A DNA stretch of 34,621 bases from a virus (taxonomy: Duplodnaviria; Heunggongvirae; Uroviricota; Caudoviricetes), in the IMG/VR virus record IMGVR_UViG_2778261697_000003, one strand, 5' to 3'. This document shows positions 18,814-26,985 of this stretch, in pieces. Each line of letters begins with the position of its first letter. Positions within the stretch are counted from its first letter, which is position 1. The translations under genes and the position numbers were made by a program. The notes beneath the pieces are model-generated. The model ran no database searches. It worked only from the letters and a program-made list of their open reading frames with translations, and was not told the origin of the DNA.

Positions 18814-19809
18814 ATGTTTGAGCAGCGTAAAGCCCTGTATGCGCAACTGGAACAAGCACGCAATTCAAAAGTATTATGCTATGTAACAGGTGATAGACCA
18901 AACCAAGAAGCTCAAATCAGCGCTGATGTATTCGATCTGTTCGTCAATCATCTTGATGTGATAGGTGATGTTCAAAAAATTAGCCTCGTGCTCTATACGC
19001 GAGGCGGCGACACTTTAACAGCATGGAGCCTTGTAAACCTGCTTCGTCAGTTTTGTAAAGAACTCGAAATCATAATCCCATCAAAATGCCATAGTTCTGG
19101 GACGATAATGTGCCTTGGCGCGAACAACTTGGTTATGACCAAGCAGGCAACCTTAGGGCCAATCGATCCAAGTGTGAATACACCACTTAACCCTTCGGTC
19201 ATAATCAATGGGCAGCCACTTCAACTTCCAGTCAGTGTTGAAGAAATCAATGGCTATCTTGAAGTAGTTAAGCATGATTTGAGTATCAAAGATGATGCCT
19301 CACTTGCACAGATCCTCCTTGCATTAAGTGAAAAGGTTCATCCCTTGGTACTTGGAAAAGTCTATCGAGCTAAAGCGCAGATTCAAATGCTCGCAAGAAA
19401 ACTACTGTCTCACCAACTCACTGATAGTGAAAGCATTGAGAAAATTGTAAGTTTCCTTTGTAGTGATTCTGGTAGCCATGACTACACTATAAATAGGATT
19501 GAAGCGGTAAACGATTTAGGTCTTACGGTGGAAAAACCAGATGAGCACCTTTACGGTCTGATCAAAGAAATTTATGAAGATTTCAAAACTGAGATGCATC
19601 TGGGTGAACCTTTTGACCCAAATGCTATCTTAGGAACAGTTAACCAGGCATCGTACGTATCTGTCAGAAGCATTTTAGAGGCTCCAGACACGTTTTCATA
19701 TCAATTCCGCACTGAGGGGATGTTACAGCGTTTGCAAGTTCCAGGCGTCCCAGGTCAGTTCGGCATAAATCATAACCTTATCTCAGAGGGGTGGGCTCGA
19801 CATGGATAA
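18814..19809 (+). CDS. ClpP/crotonase-fold serine-peptidase-like protein (SDH/S49-like) of unknown function; moron antisense to the late operon
   Basis: 331 aa; AAGGA Shine-Dalgarno 7 nt upstream; N-terminal ...KVLCYVTGDRP...ISLVLYTRGGDTLTAWSLVNLLRQF...IIPSKCHSSGTIMCLGANNLVM...LGPIDPS... resembles the ClpP/SppA core (GG oxyanion region, candidate Ser nucleophile in HSSGT); C-terminal about 200 aa unassigned. Lies between S and Q. Confidence 0.5.
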   Translation: MFEQRKALYAQLEQARNSKVLCYVTGDRPNQEAQISADVFDLFVNHLDVIGDVQKISLVLYTRGGDTLTAWSLVNLLRQFCKELEIIIPSKCHSSGTIMCLGANNLVMTKQATLGPIDPSVNTPLNPSVIINGQPLQLPVSVEEINGYLEVVKHDLSIKDDASLAQILLALSEKVHPLVLGKVYRAKAQIQMLARKLLSHQLTDSESIEKIVSFLCSDSGSHDYTINRIEAVNDLGLTVEKPDEHLYGLIKEIYEDFKTEMHLGEPFDPNAILGTVNQASYVSVRSILEAPDTFSYQFRTEGMLQRLQVPGVPGQFGINHNLISEGWARHG

Positions 19810-19981
19810 CAAATCATCTACAGGTAACTTTGTAGTCTATACTAACAGGCATACAACTACAGCTGCGCCTAAGCCAGCAAGCATTCCATCCACTGCTCAA
19901 AAAACAAGCAACAATGGCGTCAATGGCTACAGTAACTTTTTAAGTTGCACCACAGGTTCAGTCATAAAAAACAGTTTCTAA
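19802..19981 (+). CDS. Small hypothetical protein (59 aa), possibly translationally coupled to the upstream peptidase-like gene
   Basis: ATG at 19802 overlaps the upstream stop (cATGGATAA); encodes MDNKSSTGNFVVYTNRHTTTAAPKPASIPSTAQKTSNNGVNGYSNFLSCTTGSVIKNSF (Thr/Ser/Asn-rich); followed immediately by a hairpin; absent from the ORF track (below its apparent length cutoff). Confidence 0.25.
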   Translation: MDNKSSTGNFVVYTNRHTTTAAPKPASIPSTAQKTSNNGVNGYSNFLSCTTGSVIKNSF

Positions 19982-19982
19982 A

Positions 19983-20009
19983 AACAACGGCTCTCTAAGA
20001 GCCGTTGTT
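19983..20009. terminator. Hairpin between the convergent moron and Q genes; candidate intrinsic terminator
   Basis: AACAACGGCTC-tctaa-GAGCCGTTGTT (11-bp perfect stem); on the minus strand it is followed by TTTTAGAAACTGTTTTTT and starts 4 nt after the Q stop. Confidence 0.45.
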
Positions 20010-20013
20010 GTAT

Positions 20014-20376
20014 CTATTCACATTCTAAACGTATATCGAGCATACTAAGGCAACCATCGATAAATCCCTCAGCCATCTGTATCTCAATGCGTATTAATTT
20101 CTCATCCTTTTTACGAGCCTTGGCGAGCTTTCTTTTAGAGATACCGAATAGGTAATGGGCAACAAGAAGCGAATGTTCGTCCGGCCTTTTTTGCTTTAGA
20201 CGAGCAAGACAACCTTCAAGAATTAATGCATCACTATCTGAACAAGCCTGACGTGTTTTGCTTGTATAGGGAAGAAGCCCTTTAAACCCAGCAGCTATAG
20301 GAGAATAGTCAACTCCTGAACTATCACTCGCCGCCCATGCTCCCCAACGATCCAGAACCATTTGAATATCACGCAT
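20014..20376 (-). CDS. Late-gene antiterminator Q (Q family of the E. coli DLP12/Qin prophage type, not lambda Q)
   Basis: MRDIQMVLDRWGAWAA...SIAAGFKGLL...DIRLE resembles QuuD-type antitermination proteins as recalled; position upstream of the lysis cassette. The alternative start at 20391 gives 125 aa. Confidence 0.7.
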   Translation of the reverse strand: MRDIQMVLDRWGAWAASDSSGVDYSPIAAGFKGLLPYTSKTRQACSDSDALILEGCLARLKQKRPDEHSLLVAHYLFGISKRKLAKARKKDEKLIRIEIQMAEGFIDGCLSMLDIRLECE

Positions 20377-20393
20377 CAACTTTCTCCACAAAA

Positions 20394-21389
20394 TCAGGCC
20401 AGTACGCCAATTGCCAGCACACGATCGATAAAACGAAATATCAGCTCCAGTTGGGAGCCATACTTCTCTTCAAATGCCACGGTATCTGCATGCAGCTCGT
20501 CGTGATGCTTTCTGCACAAAGGCAACACAAAAAGGTCATGCGCTTTTGTTCCCATTCCACCCTGACCGTGACCTATCAGGTGGTGGGGATCATCAGCGGG
20601 CTTTCCACAACATGCACACGGCTGTGTCTTAACCCAGCGCGTGTACTTTTCATTAACCCAGCGGCGACGTTTTGGGCGTAACATAAAAGACTCCGGCGAC
20701 TCCGGATCCACTTTCAGCGCCAGCACCTTTTTCGCCTTATCCTGGATGATGCTGGTGGCAGGAACCGAAGGCACAAGGTCACTTTCCCGGGTGACAGACG
20801 GCACAACAGGCTTTGGTAATCTCAGTGCCTTACGGGCTGCACTTTCCGGTAAGGCATCCGCCAGGTCATTACGAATCAGCCACCAGCACAGTTCCGGCAT
20901 TGTCACAACGTGACTGTCATCAAAACCGAGATCCCGACGCACAACAGACAACACCCAGCGGGCACAGTTATCCGTTGCCATTGATTCCAGCCGTTCCGTG
21001 AACTGATCGCGCAGCTGGTTATCGCAGTGCCAGCACAGACGGATTGCGCCCGGCGCGTGTCGCATTGTGGTCATGTTCTCGCTGTGCCAGTCGGAATGAG
21101 GCCACTGGCAGCCTTTTTCACGAAGTAACCAGCTTTCAAGACATTCCACGCCACCAGCACGACGGATCACTGCCTCATTGCGGAACACGGCCCGAACGGC
21201 AGGATCATCCGCCAGCGGTTGTGATGCCGCCGGAACGGCACCACTGGCGAAAGATGAATAACGTTCCGGCTCAGGCTCCAGCAGGACACGCCCCTGCATA
21301 AACAGGGGCATCAGCTCTGAACCTGGCCTGAACAATACGATCCCCATACGCGGGGCAATTTCAGGGGTCAGTAGTGCTCTCACGGTCAC
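20394..21389 (-). CDS. DUF968-like protein with a C-terminal HNH-like Cys/His motif
   Basis: 331 aa; C-terminal ...QPCACCGKPADDPHHLIGHGQGGMGTKAHDLFVLPLCRKHHDELHAD...; nin-region position between RusA/KilA-N and Q. Confidence 0.55.
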   Translation of the reverse strand: MTVRALLTPEIAPRMGIVLFRPGSELMPLFMQGRVLLEPEPERYSSFASGAVPAASQPLADDPAVRAVFRNEAVIRRAGGVECLESWLLREKGCQWPHSDWHSENMTTMRHAPGAIRLCWHCDNQLRDQFTERLESMATDNCARWVLSVVRRDLGFDDSHVVTMPELCWWLIRNDLADALPESAARKALRLPKPVVPSVTRESDLVPSVPATSIIQDKAKKVLALKVDPESPESFMLRPKRRRWVNEKYTRWVKTQPCACCGKPADDPHHLIGHGQGGMGTKAHDLFVLPLCRKHHDELHADTVAFEEKYGSQLELIFRFIDRVLAIGVLA

Positions 21390-21390
21390 C

Positions 21391-22200
21391 TCAATGAACG
21401 GTATCGAGCAGCTTTAACAGCTCAGGGAATCGGGATTCGAAGAAATGCGGCTGCGTCTCGCGCGGATTTGCGGGACTGGTGATGTTCTTGCCGAACATGC
21501 AGCCTTTCGCTGTCAGCGACCAGAATTTTTTGATGTTGTTAATCGCTGTACGGCTGTATCGTTCGCGCTGTTCGACGATCCCCAGCTTCGCCATCTGGTG
21601 ATATGCCTGATTAGCCGTCAGGCGGATACCATACTGCTTCAGCAGTGCACTCAGTGACAGCGTGGGGCGGCTTGAGCCATCAGGCGCGTCAGCAGGAGCA
21701 TCAATGGCATAACGCGGTGCCAGATTCGGTAAGCCAACAGCCTCCTGGAGTTTCTGACAGGCCCCAAGCACAGATGAGTTAGACAGGTTTAACTCCCTGC
21801 GCATAAAGTCCAGCAGAATCACTCCAGCCTGCATCTTGTCAGCAGCCTGCCCGGATAATTTTTCCGGTGCGCTGGTTACCATATCGAAAGTACGGATCAC
21901 CTTCAGATGGAATGACGGGCTGATCCACATTGCATAGGCATACACCAGTTCCTTACAGACATACGTTCCCCGTTCATTTCCCCCATGAATCACACTCACC
22001 GGGTCAACACCCAAATTCTGGGTGTTGGTCAATTCATGAACAAGCTCAACAGTTTGTTGGCTGGAAAGAAACTTTCCTGGCTCCTTGGTTCTGGCATTTG
22101 CACCAGATGCTACTGCTGCGCGATGCAGATCGTTCAGGCTATAACGTCCATAAGCATCACGACGAACTTCAATACCATCAATGACCATCAGATTATTCAT
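21391..22200 (-). CDS. KilA-N domain protein
   Basis: N-terminal ...IDGIEVRRDAYGRYSLNDLHRAA...GGNERGTYVCKELVYAYAMWISPSFHLKVIRTFD... fits the KilA-N (APSES-like) pattern. Confidence 0.65.
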   Translation of the reverse strand: MNNLMVIDGIEVRRDAYGRYSLNDLHRAAVASGANARTKEPGKFLSSQQTVELVHELTNTQNLGVDPVSVIHGGNERGTYVCKELVYAYAMWISPSFHLKVIRTFDMVTSAPEKLSGQAADKMQAGVILLDFMRRELNLSNSSVLGACQKLQEAVGLPNLAPRYAIDAPADAPDGSSRPTLSLSALLKQYGIRLTANQAYHQMAKLGIVEQRERYSRTAINNIKKFWSLTAKGCMFGKNITSPANPRETQPHFFESRFPELLKLLDTVH

Positions 22201-22219
22201 ACTTCGTTTCTCCTCTTAA

Positions 22220-22609
22220 TCAGGCGGCTGCACCCGCCGTTTTCTCGTACTTACTGATAGTGATCTCGACCTTCCCTTCCGGGATAACCGGTCCCCACTC
22301 CACCAGCATTCTTTTCACCTGACTGTCGTCTTCCCACACACCCGCGTGGGTCAGGGCGTCAAACAGTGCCTTGTTATAGTTGTCCAGATCGCGGATCCGG
22401 TTATCCGGAGGAAACAACACGATCTCCACTGAAGCAGGTGCCGACGTTGGTTTCGGCAGACGACGTAACTGCTCAACTATTGCTGCGCACGCCGCGCTCT
22501 GGAATTTGCGCCCCGCCGTGCTTATCAGGCTTTTACCAGCAAACGCCCCTTTGTTAGGGTGTCGCCAGTACGTATTCACGCTGGGCGGGAAAGGCAGGAT
22601 CAGTTTCAT
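22220..22609 (-). CDS. rusA: Holliday junction resolvase RusA
   Basis: 129 aa; ...LPFPPSVNTYWRH...RDLDNYNKALFDALTHAGVWEDDSQV... matches the RusA family (catalytic Asp cluster). Confidence 0.85.
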   Translation of the reverse strand: MKLILPFPPSVNTYWRHPNKGAFAGKSLISTAGRKFQSAACAAIVEQLRRLPKPTSAPASVEIVLFPPDNRIRDLDNYNKALFDALTHAGVWEDDSQVKRMLVEWGPVIPEGKVEITISKYEKTAGAAA

Positions 22610-22932
22610 ACTTTCAGGCCTCTCTCATGTAGCCAGTGGGTTGCACGCAGCCTTGCGTTTTCCTCACCGGCAAGCAGTGAGCGGATAATCCCGACAGCCT
22701 CGCTGTCGTCGTCCTTCACCGCGGTATGAAGCGTTATCCCCCGGGCCACGCCACGCTTTATCGTGATGACGCCTTTTTTCTCCAGTGCGCGAAGATGCTC
22801 CACCGCTGAATTCACCGAACGGTATCCCAGCATGGTTGCCACCTCCTGATTGGTTGGCGGGAAGCCACGTTCTTTCTGGTAAGAAATCAGCATATCCAGC
22901 ACCTGCTGCTGGCATTGAGTTAACGTCGTCAT
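22606..22932 (-). CDS. LexA N-terminal DNA-binding-domain-like protein (no peptidase domain)
   Basis: From MTTLTQCQQQVLDMLISYQKERGFPPTNQEVATMLGYRSVNSAVEHLRALEKKGVITI..., which resembles the LexA winged-helix domain; about 108 aa; start overlaps the upstream gene's stop. Confidence 0.5.
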   Translation of the reverse strand: MTTLTQCQQQVLDMLISYQKERGFPPTNQEVATMLGYRSVNSAVEHLRALEKKGVITIKRGVARGITLHTAVKDDDSEAVGIIRSLLAGEENARLRATHWLHERGLKV

Positions 22933-23426
22933 TAAGCCCCCACGTAATTCCCTGACAGATACCACTCTTCACCTGATGCAGCCCGCTTACTGCTTTTCCG
23001 TAAACACCGTTCACGACGCGCCAGAAAATTGTTTCGTTCTGGCTGGGAGTAGCTTTCACGGAATGCCGCCATCCACACCGTTGCAGCACGACGGTATAAG
23101 CCCCTGGACTCCAGTTCTTCCGCCTGGCGGGTCAGGCACAAAATCACCCGGGGATCGTTAGTGCCGACATAGAAATTGCGCACAGGTCTGGTTTCACGAA
23201 CTGGTTGTGGTTCCGGCTCCTGCGCTCTCTCAGTCAGGCGCGGGAAATGTCTGCGTGTATCTCCTTCACAACGGTGAGCCACACGCCCACTCTGACGTAA
23301 CTTGCTTGCAGACTGCAGAACGCGCTGCCGTGAGTAACCTGCAAAAGCATCCGCAATGTCTCCGGAAGTACACCCAGGATGGGCTTCAATGAATTTCTGA
23401 ACGTCATTTAACAGACTCATGATCAC
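22932..23426 (-). CDS. Regulator with a PerC/Pch-like C-terminal region
   Basis: C-terminal ...AEELESRGLYRRAATVWMAAFRESYSQPERNNFLARRERCL resembles the PerC/Pch family as recalled; the true start is uncertain (ORF is 164 aa). Confidence 0.4.
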   Translation of the reverse strand: MIMSLLNDVQKFIEAHPGCTSGDIADAFAGYSRQRVLQSASKLRQSGRVAHRCEGDTRRHFPRLTERAQEPEPQPVRETRPVRNFYVGTNDPRVILCLTRQAEELESRGLYRRAATVWMAAFRESYSQPERNNFLARRERCLRKSSKRAASGEEWYLSGNYVGA

Positions 23427-24364
23427 CCCCTGAATCCTGCCGGGATCTGGCTGTAGTCCACGTTGTCGTAACTGGATTTGAAGTACGGGTCTTCGCGTTT
23501 TTCGGTGTACGTGCTGACGGACGGCGATAAGCGCAGGGAAAGCTCATCCCATTTTTCCCGCAGCTTCGACGGGCTGAGCACGTTACGGCACCAGAACGGA
23601 TCGCGACTGACGCGGCTGTACATCTCGCAGATTTGTTTATGATTACGACCATCCTGCACACACATCAGGCGAATTTCGTTTGCCCAGGCTGTCCAGTTCG
23701 GTTCTTTGGGACGAACCACCTCGCCGTCACATTCGGCGGCCTGCTCGTACAGGGCGATGATTTTTTTCCAGAGCCACTGTGCGCAGGTCAAATCATCCTG
23801 CGTTCCCCACTGGCGCTTTTTAGGGCTGAATACAACCGCATCAGGATGACGAGTTAAAAAATCCTGTTCAGCCGTCTTCGTGTCCGGTTGCGGAGCGTCC
23901 GGACGAGAATGTTTTTTATCTGACGGATCATGTTTTGATTTTACTGACGGATCCCCGCCAGATTCTGACGGGTGAAAACCCGCTTTTTTGCCAGATTTCG
24001 ACGCATCAAATTTTGACGGGTCAGATTTTGATGCGTCAGATTTTGACGGGTCAGAATCTGACAGTTGAGAAAATGCCGCTGCCTGAAGCTTCGCAACGTT
24101 AAGCTGATAAACATTCGACGCATTGCGGTTACCCTGGCGACGCGCCTTACGCGTTAACCAGCCTTCTGCTTCCAGCCGTGCGATAGCCGTTCTGACGGTA
24201 CTCATCCCCGCGCCAATCTGACGGGCAATGGTTTCAATTGATGGCCAGCACACACCTTCGTCATTACTGAAATCAGCCAGGCGGGCCATAATTGCCACGC
24301 TGGATAACTTCATGCCTGATGCAGCGCAACCATCCCATACATAGCCGGTTAATTTAGTGCTCAT
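23423..24364 (-). CDS. Replication initiation protein (N-terminal winged-helix HTH) containing origin iterons
   Basis: 313 aa; N-terminal HTH (...CWPSIETIARQIGAGMSTVRTAIARLEAEGWL...); internal SDSDPSKSDASKSDPSKFDASKS repeat encoded by DNA iterons; position after the cro/CII-like genes. Confidence 0.6.
   Translation of the reverse strand: MSTKLTGYVWDGCAASGMKLSSVAIMARLADFSNDEGVCWPSIETIARQIGAGMSTVRTAIARLEAEGWLTRKARRQGNRNASNVYQLNVAKLQAAAFSQLSDSDPSKSDASKSDPSKFDASKSGKKAGFHPSESGGDPSVKSKHDPSDKKHSRPDAPQPDTKTAEQDFLTRHPDAVVFSPKKRQWGTQDDLTCAQWLWKKIIALYEQAAECDGEVVRPKEPNWTAWANEIRLMCVQDGRNHKQICEMYSRVSRDPFWCRNVLSPSKLREKWDELSLRLSPSVSTYTEKREDPYFKSSYDNVDYSQIPAGFRG
23915..24066. repeat. Iteron array (candidate origin of replication) inside the replication initiator gene
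   Basis: At least 6 tandem roughly 15-bp units with a TGACGG core (for example TCAAATTTTGACGGG, TCAGATTTTGATGCG, TCAGATTTTGACGGG, TCAGAATCTGACAGT; further copies at 23921, 23945, 23966). Confidence 0.55.
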
Positions 24365-24373
24365 GACCGACCT

Positions 24374-24712
24374 CTATTTCCCTGAATTTACGACGAAACT
24401 GTTCGAGCGGACTGAAGCATTCATGCTCATAACCTTCGCGGAGGTAGATAACCCGTTGTGTTTCCGGCTCCCAACGAATGACTCTGACGGGCACTCCGTA
24501 GTGATCTTTGAACCAGCGGTTAACTTGTCGCAAAGGACCGTCTCCTTCTGCCGGTTGAAATCACCCACAGCCCACTCTGCAAAGCTGTGGGTTACAATTT
24601 CCCTGTCACCTGGTACATTCACTGCATAGCAATATTCCACCTTCGCTTTTCCACCCGGTACAGGAAGCGCAATCAGTTGCGAGCGACGGTAGTGTGTTGT
24701 TAAACTGTTCAT
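24374..24712 (-). CDS. Hypothetical protein
   Basis: 112-aa ORF filling the gap between the CII-like and replication genes on the transcribed strand; no recognised motif; the C-terminal part is low-complexity, so the true extent is uncertain. Confidence 0.3.
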   Translation of the reverse strand: MNSLTTHYRRSQLIALPVPGGKAKVEYCYAVNVPGDREIVTHSFAEWAVGDFNRQKETVLCDKLTAGSKITTECPSESFVGSRKHNGLSTSAKVMSMNASVRSNSFVVNSGK

Positions 24713-25266
24713 GCGTTAGTTTCTCCACAACCAGAAGCAATCGACGCCACGACGCCCGGAGCTGCACACTCGCGGGCGTCATTACTTTCTGAAATGCAAA
24801 AAATTTTGTAGACAAGTGCTGCATGCTCCTGCAGCTTCGAAATTGAGAGATACAGCTCGTCGTTAATTGCTGTCTTCTCATGCGGTTCCACTACACCGTC
24901 TTCGATTGCTGAACGAATCTGTTTTGAATAACTGCCGATCTGTTCAATGACTTCCAGCAGACGCTGGTTAATATCGGCGTTGTCCACATCCTCGACGTCA
25001 GGAAGCGACACAAAGACGCCATTTGCAGACTGCGCCACAGCATCAGCAATGAAGTGAGTGCCACCAGCACGCTGTAAAACCATTGCCCATCCCAGCGGGA
25101 AAATCTGATCGCCATCTGCACGAAGGCGGTTGAATAAAGCGTTTTCTGTTACATCGAGCCAGTCAGCCGCTTCAGCGTAACCACCCGGCAACGCCGCGAT
25201 AGTTTTTCTGACAGCTTTCACGTACCACTCAGGCTGTTTTTCCACTTTCCAGTGATGCTTACCCAC
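24709..25266 (-). CDS. CII-like phage regulatory protein (CP76-type)
   Basis: 185 aa directly downstream of the Cro-like gene; sequence ...[20 protein letters not shown]... recalled as typical of the enterobacterial prophage regulatory protein CII family. Confidence 0.45.
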   Translation of the reverse strand: MGKHHWKVEKQPEWYVKAVRKTIAALPGGYAEAADWLDVTENALFNRLRADGDQIFPLGWAMVLQRAGGTHFIADAVAQSANGVFVSLPDVEDVDNADINQRLLEVIEQIGSYSKQIRSAIEDGVVEPHEKTAINDELYLSISKLQEHAALVYKIFCISESNDARECAAPGVVASIASGCGETNA

Positions 25267-25519
25267 GGCTTATCTCCTGTTCCTGTGGTTTAAACCCATT
25301 CTGGTTTTGGCTAGATTGAAAACGTGCCGGATAAAGAATCTGCATTTCGCTGATTTCACCCTTAAAAAAATTGGCCAGACGTTCTGCAAGCTCGATAGAT
25401 GGAATTTGTTCCAGTCTTTCAATACGACTCAGCGTCGCTGGATTGACCTGAACGCCAGCAGCAACATGCTGCAAAGTAAATCCGTGCGCCTTACGCACAT
25501 TCCGTAATGGTGATTGCAT
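25259..25519 (-). CDS. Cro-like HTH (XRE family) repressor
   Basis: 86 aa; HTH ...HGFTLQHVAAGVQVNPATLSRIERLEQIPS...; first gene transcribed rightward from the operator region, divergent from cI. Confidence 0.65.
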   Translation of the reverse strand: MQSPLRNVRKAHGFTLQHVAAGVQVNPATLSRIERLEQIPSIELAERLANFFKGEISEMQILYPARFQSSQNQNGFKPQEQEISRG

Positions 25520-25616
25520 ATAACCTCCACATATTGCGTGATAAGCATATTATTTCACGCAAATATTTTGCGCAAGTTGATTTGCTTAACGCGCAATAAA
25601 GAAATGTAATAAACGC
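25520..25616. promoter_or_regulatory. Rightward operator/promoter region (OR with divergent PR and PRM)
   Basis: 97-bp AT-rich region between divergent cro-like and cI starts with repeated dyad sites of the TTGCN-N5-NGCAA type (TTGCTTAACGCGCAA, TTGCGTGATAAGCAT) and the palindrome CGCAAATATTTTGCG. Confidence 0.55.
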
Positions 25617-26309
25617 ATGAACATAGGAAATCGAGTCAGACAACTTCGCCAAGCGAAGAACATGAAAATCGCCGATCTCGCTGAAGCAATAGGAGTGGAT
25701 GCGGCAAATATCTCGCGCCTGGAAACAGGTAAGCAGAAACAATTCACTGAACAAGCCCTGAGTAATATTGCCAGGAGCTTAGGTGTTGATATTGCTGATC
25801 TCTTTACCTCAGACTTCAAAAGTAATACTGTATGTAAAAACAGTATTAGTGAGGATGTTGCGCAGGTGAAGGATGTATTCCGTATTGAAATGCTGGATAT
25901 CAGTGCCAGTGCGGGAAATGGCCTTATCCAGGGCGGTGATGTCATTGATGTGATTCATGCCATTGAATACAGAACTGATAATGCTGTATCGATGTTTGGC
26001 GGACGGCCAGCAAATCACATTAAAGTTATCAACGTTCGTGGGGACAGTATGTGTCCAACCATTGAGCCAGGAGATCTCATCTTCGTTGATGTCAGTATCA
26101 ATCAGTTTGATGGAGATGGTATCTATGTATTTGGTTTTGATGATAAAATTTATGTCAAACGACTGCAAATGATACCTGACAAACTACTGGTGATTTCTGA
26201 TAACCAGATTTACCGTGAATGGGGAATTACCAGCGAAAATGAACACCGGTTTATGGTCTTTGGAAAGGTCTTAATCAGCCAGTCACAAACCCTTAAGCGA
26301 CACAATTAA
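25617..26309 (+). CDS. cI: CI-type prophage repressor (HTH plus S24 LexA-like autopeptidase domain)
   Basis: 230 aa; N-terminal HTH (RVRQLRQAKNMKIADLAEAIGVDAANISRLETGKQ); C-terminal ...RGDSMCPTIEPGDLIFVD...KRL... with candidate Ser and Lys of the S24 dyad. Confidence 0.85.
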   Translation: MNIGNRVRQLRQAKNMKIADLAEAIGVDAANISRLETGKQKQFTEQALSNIARSLGVDIADLFTSDFKSNTVCKNSISEDVAQVKDVFRIEMLDISASAGNGLIQGGDVIDVIHAIEYRTDNAVSMFGGRPANHIKVINVRGDSMCPTIEPGDLIFVDVSINQFDGDGIYVFGFDDKIYVKRLQMIPDKLLVISDNQIYREWGITSENEHRFMVFGKVLISQSQTLKRHN

Positions 26310-26329
26310 CCCTTACCTCCTCATCAATT

Positions 26330-26350
26330 AGCCACCCGAAGGTGGCTTTT
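26330..26350 (+). terminator. Intrinsic terminator after cI
   Basis: AGCCACC-cgaa-GGTGGCT followed by TTTTCATT, 20 nt after the cI stop. Confidence 0.55.
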
Positions 26351-26364
26351 CATTACCCATCAAA

Positions 26365-26403
26365 TTGCATATCTCGCAACAAAAACACTTGCATAATGCG
26401 CAA
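26365..26403. promoter_or_regulatory. Candidate leftward operator (OL) and PL region
   Basis: Two 15-bp sites TTGCATATCTCGCAA and TTGCATAATGCGCAA of the same dyad type as the OR sites, 9 bp apart, with a CATAAT -10-like hexamer; downstream of the cI terminator and upstream of the plus-strand early-left genes. Confidence 0.4.
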
Positions 26404-26892
26404 CATCATTTTATCTTTCTTTCCAGACCAACAAACAAGGTACTAACAAAATTTGGTTGTAACACGGCGTATGGCACATGCGTCGTTAGCGGTCTGGGGA
26501 CGTTAAAGGGGACAATCCACTCCTTGCTCGGGCAAACAAACCAGGTAGCCGGAATGTGCAAGTCAATGATGATGCTGATAAGACGCCTAACCAGCGTGGC
26601 GGTTCGGTTTGACACCTGGGAAGAGACCAGGGTGCAACGATGAGGGCATTTATGGAACCGCGACAAAGTGTGGTGCCGTAACTGGCTAAGTGCTCTCAGC
26701 GTTGTGGTGAATGCGCAGGCTGATGCGCGAAAGACATTGCAGCTATTGCGGAAAAGAGCTGTTCGGCGGGGCAATTAAACGCCCGTGAGAGTCTGAAATA
26801 ACCGCAAGCCGGAGATCAGCACCGGTCACCACAACAGCCACTGCTTTGGCGGTACCAGTTTGTACACTTGCTTCCGGCTGGTACCGCTCTTT

Positions 26893-26985
26893 TTACAAAA
26901 CAGAGAAGAACATCATCGGACGACGGGCTCATAACCCAATCCATCCGGGCGGCTGCCACCGCAGGTGTTCTTCTCTGTTTTGTGG
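26893..26985 (+). other. Long hairpin in the 5' leader of the early-left operon
   Basis: Perfect 17-bp inverted repeat CAAAACAGAGAAGAACA (26896-26912) and TGTTCTTCTCTGTTTTG (26966-26982), extendable with GU pairs, enclosing about 53 nt; about 50 nt upstream of the first early-left gene. Confidence 0.4.

Noticed and set aside
20014-20391. Q start at the first Met (125 aa)
   Set aside because: The recalled family N-terminus begins MRDIQMVL..., so the start at 20376 is preferred; the longer form cannot be excluded.
23915-24066. Short tandem repeats that might suggest a CRISPR array
   Set aside because: Units are about 15 bp with no unique spacers and lie in-frame inside the replication initiator gene, encoding a peptide repeat; this is the lambda-O-type iteron arrangement.
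24357-24629. Plus-strand 90-aa ORF between the CII-like and replication genes
   Set aside because: It lies on the strand opposite the early-right operon and overlaps the minus-strand ORF that fits operon polarity.
26365-26774. ORFs of 92 aa (plus) and 122 aa (minus) in the region after cI
   Set aside because: No Shine-Dalgarno sequence, overlapping each other on opposite strands, and no recognisable domains; the region is better explained as operator/leader sequence. A 25-aa ORF (26711..26788) was also seen but is too short to support.
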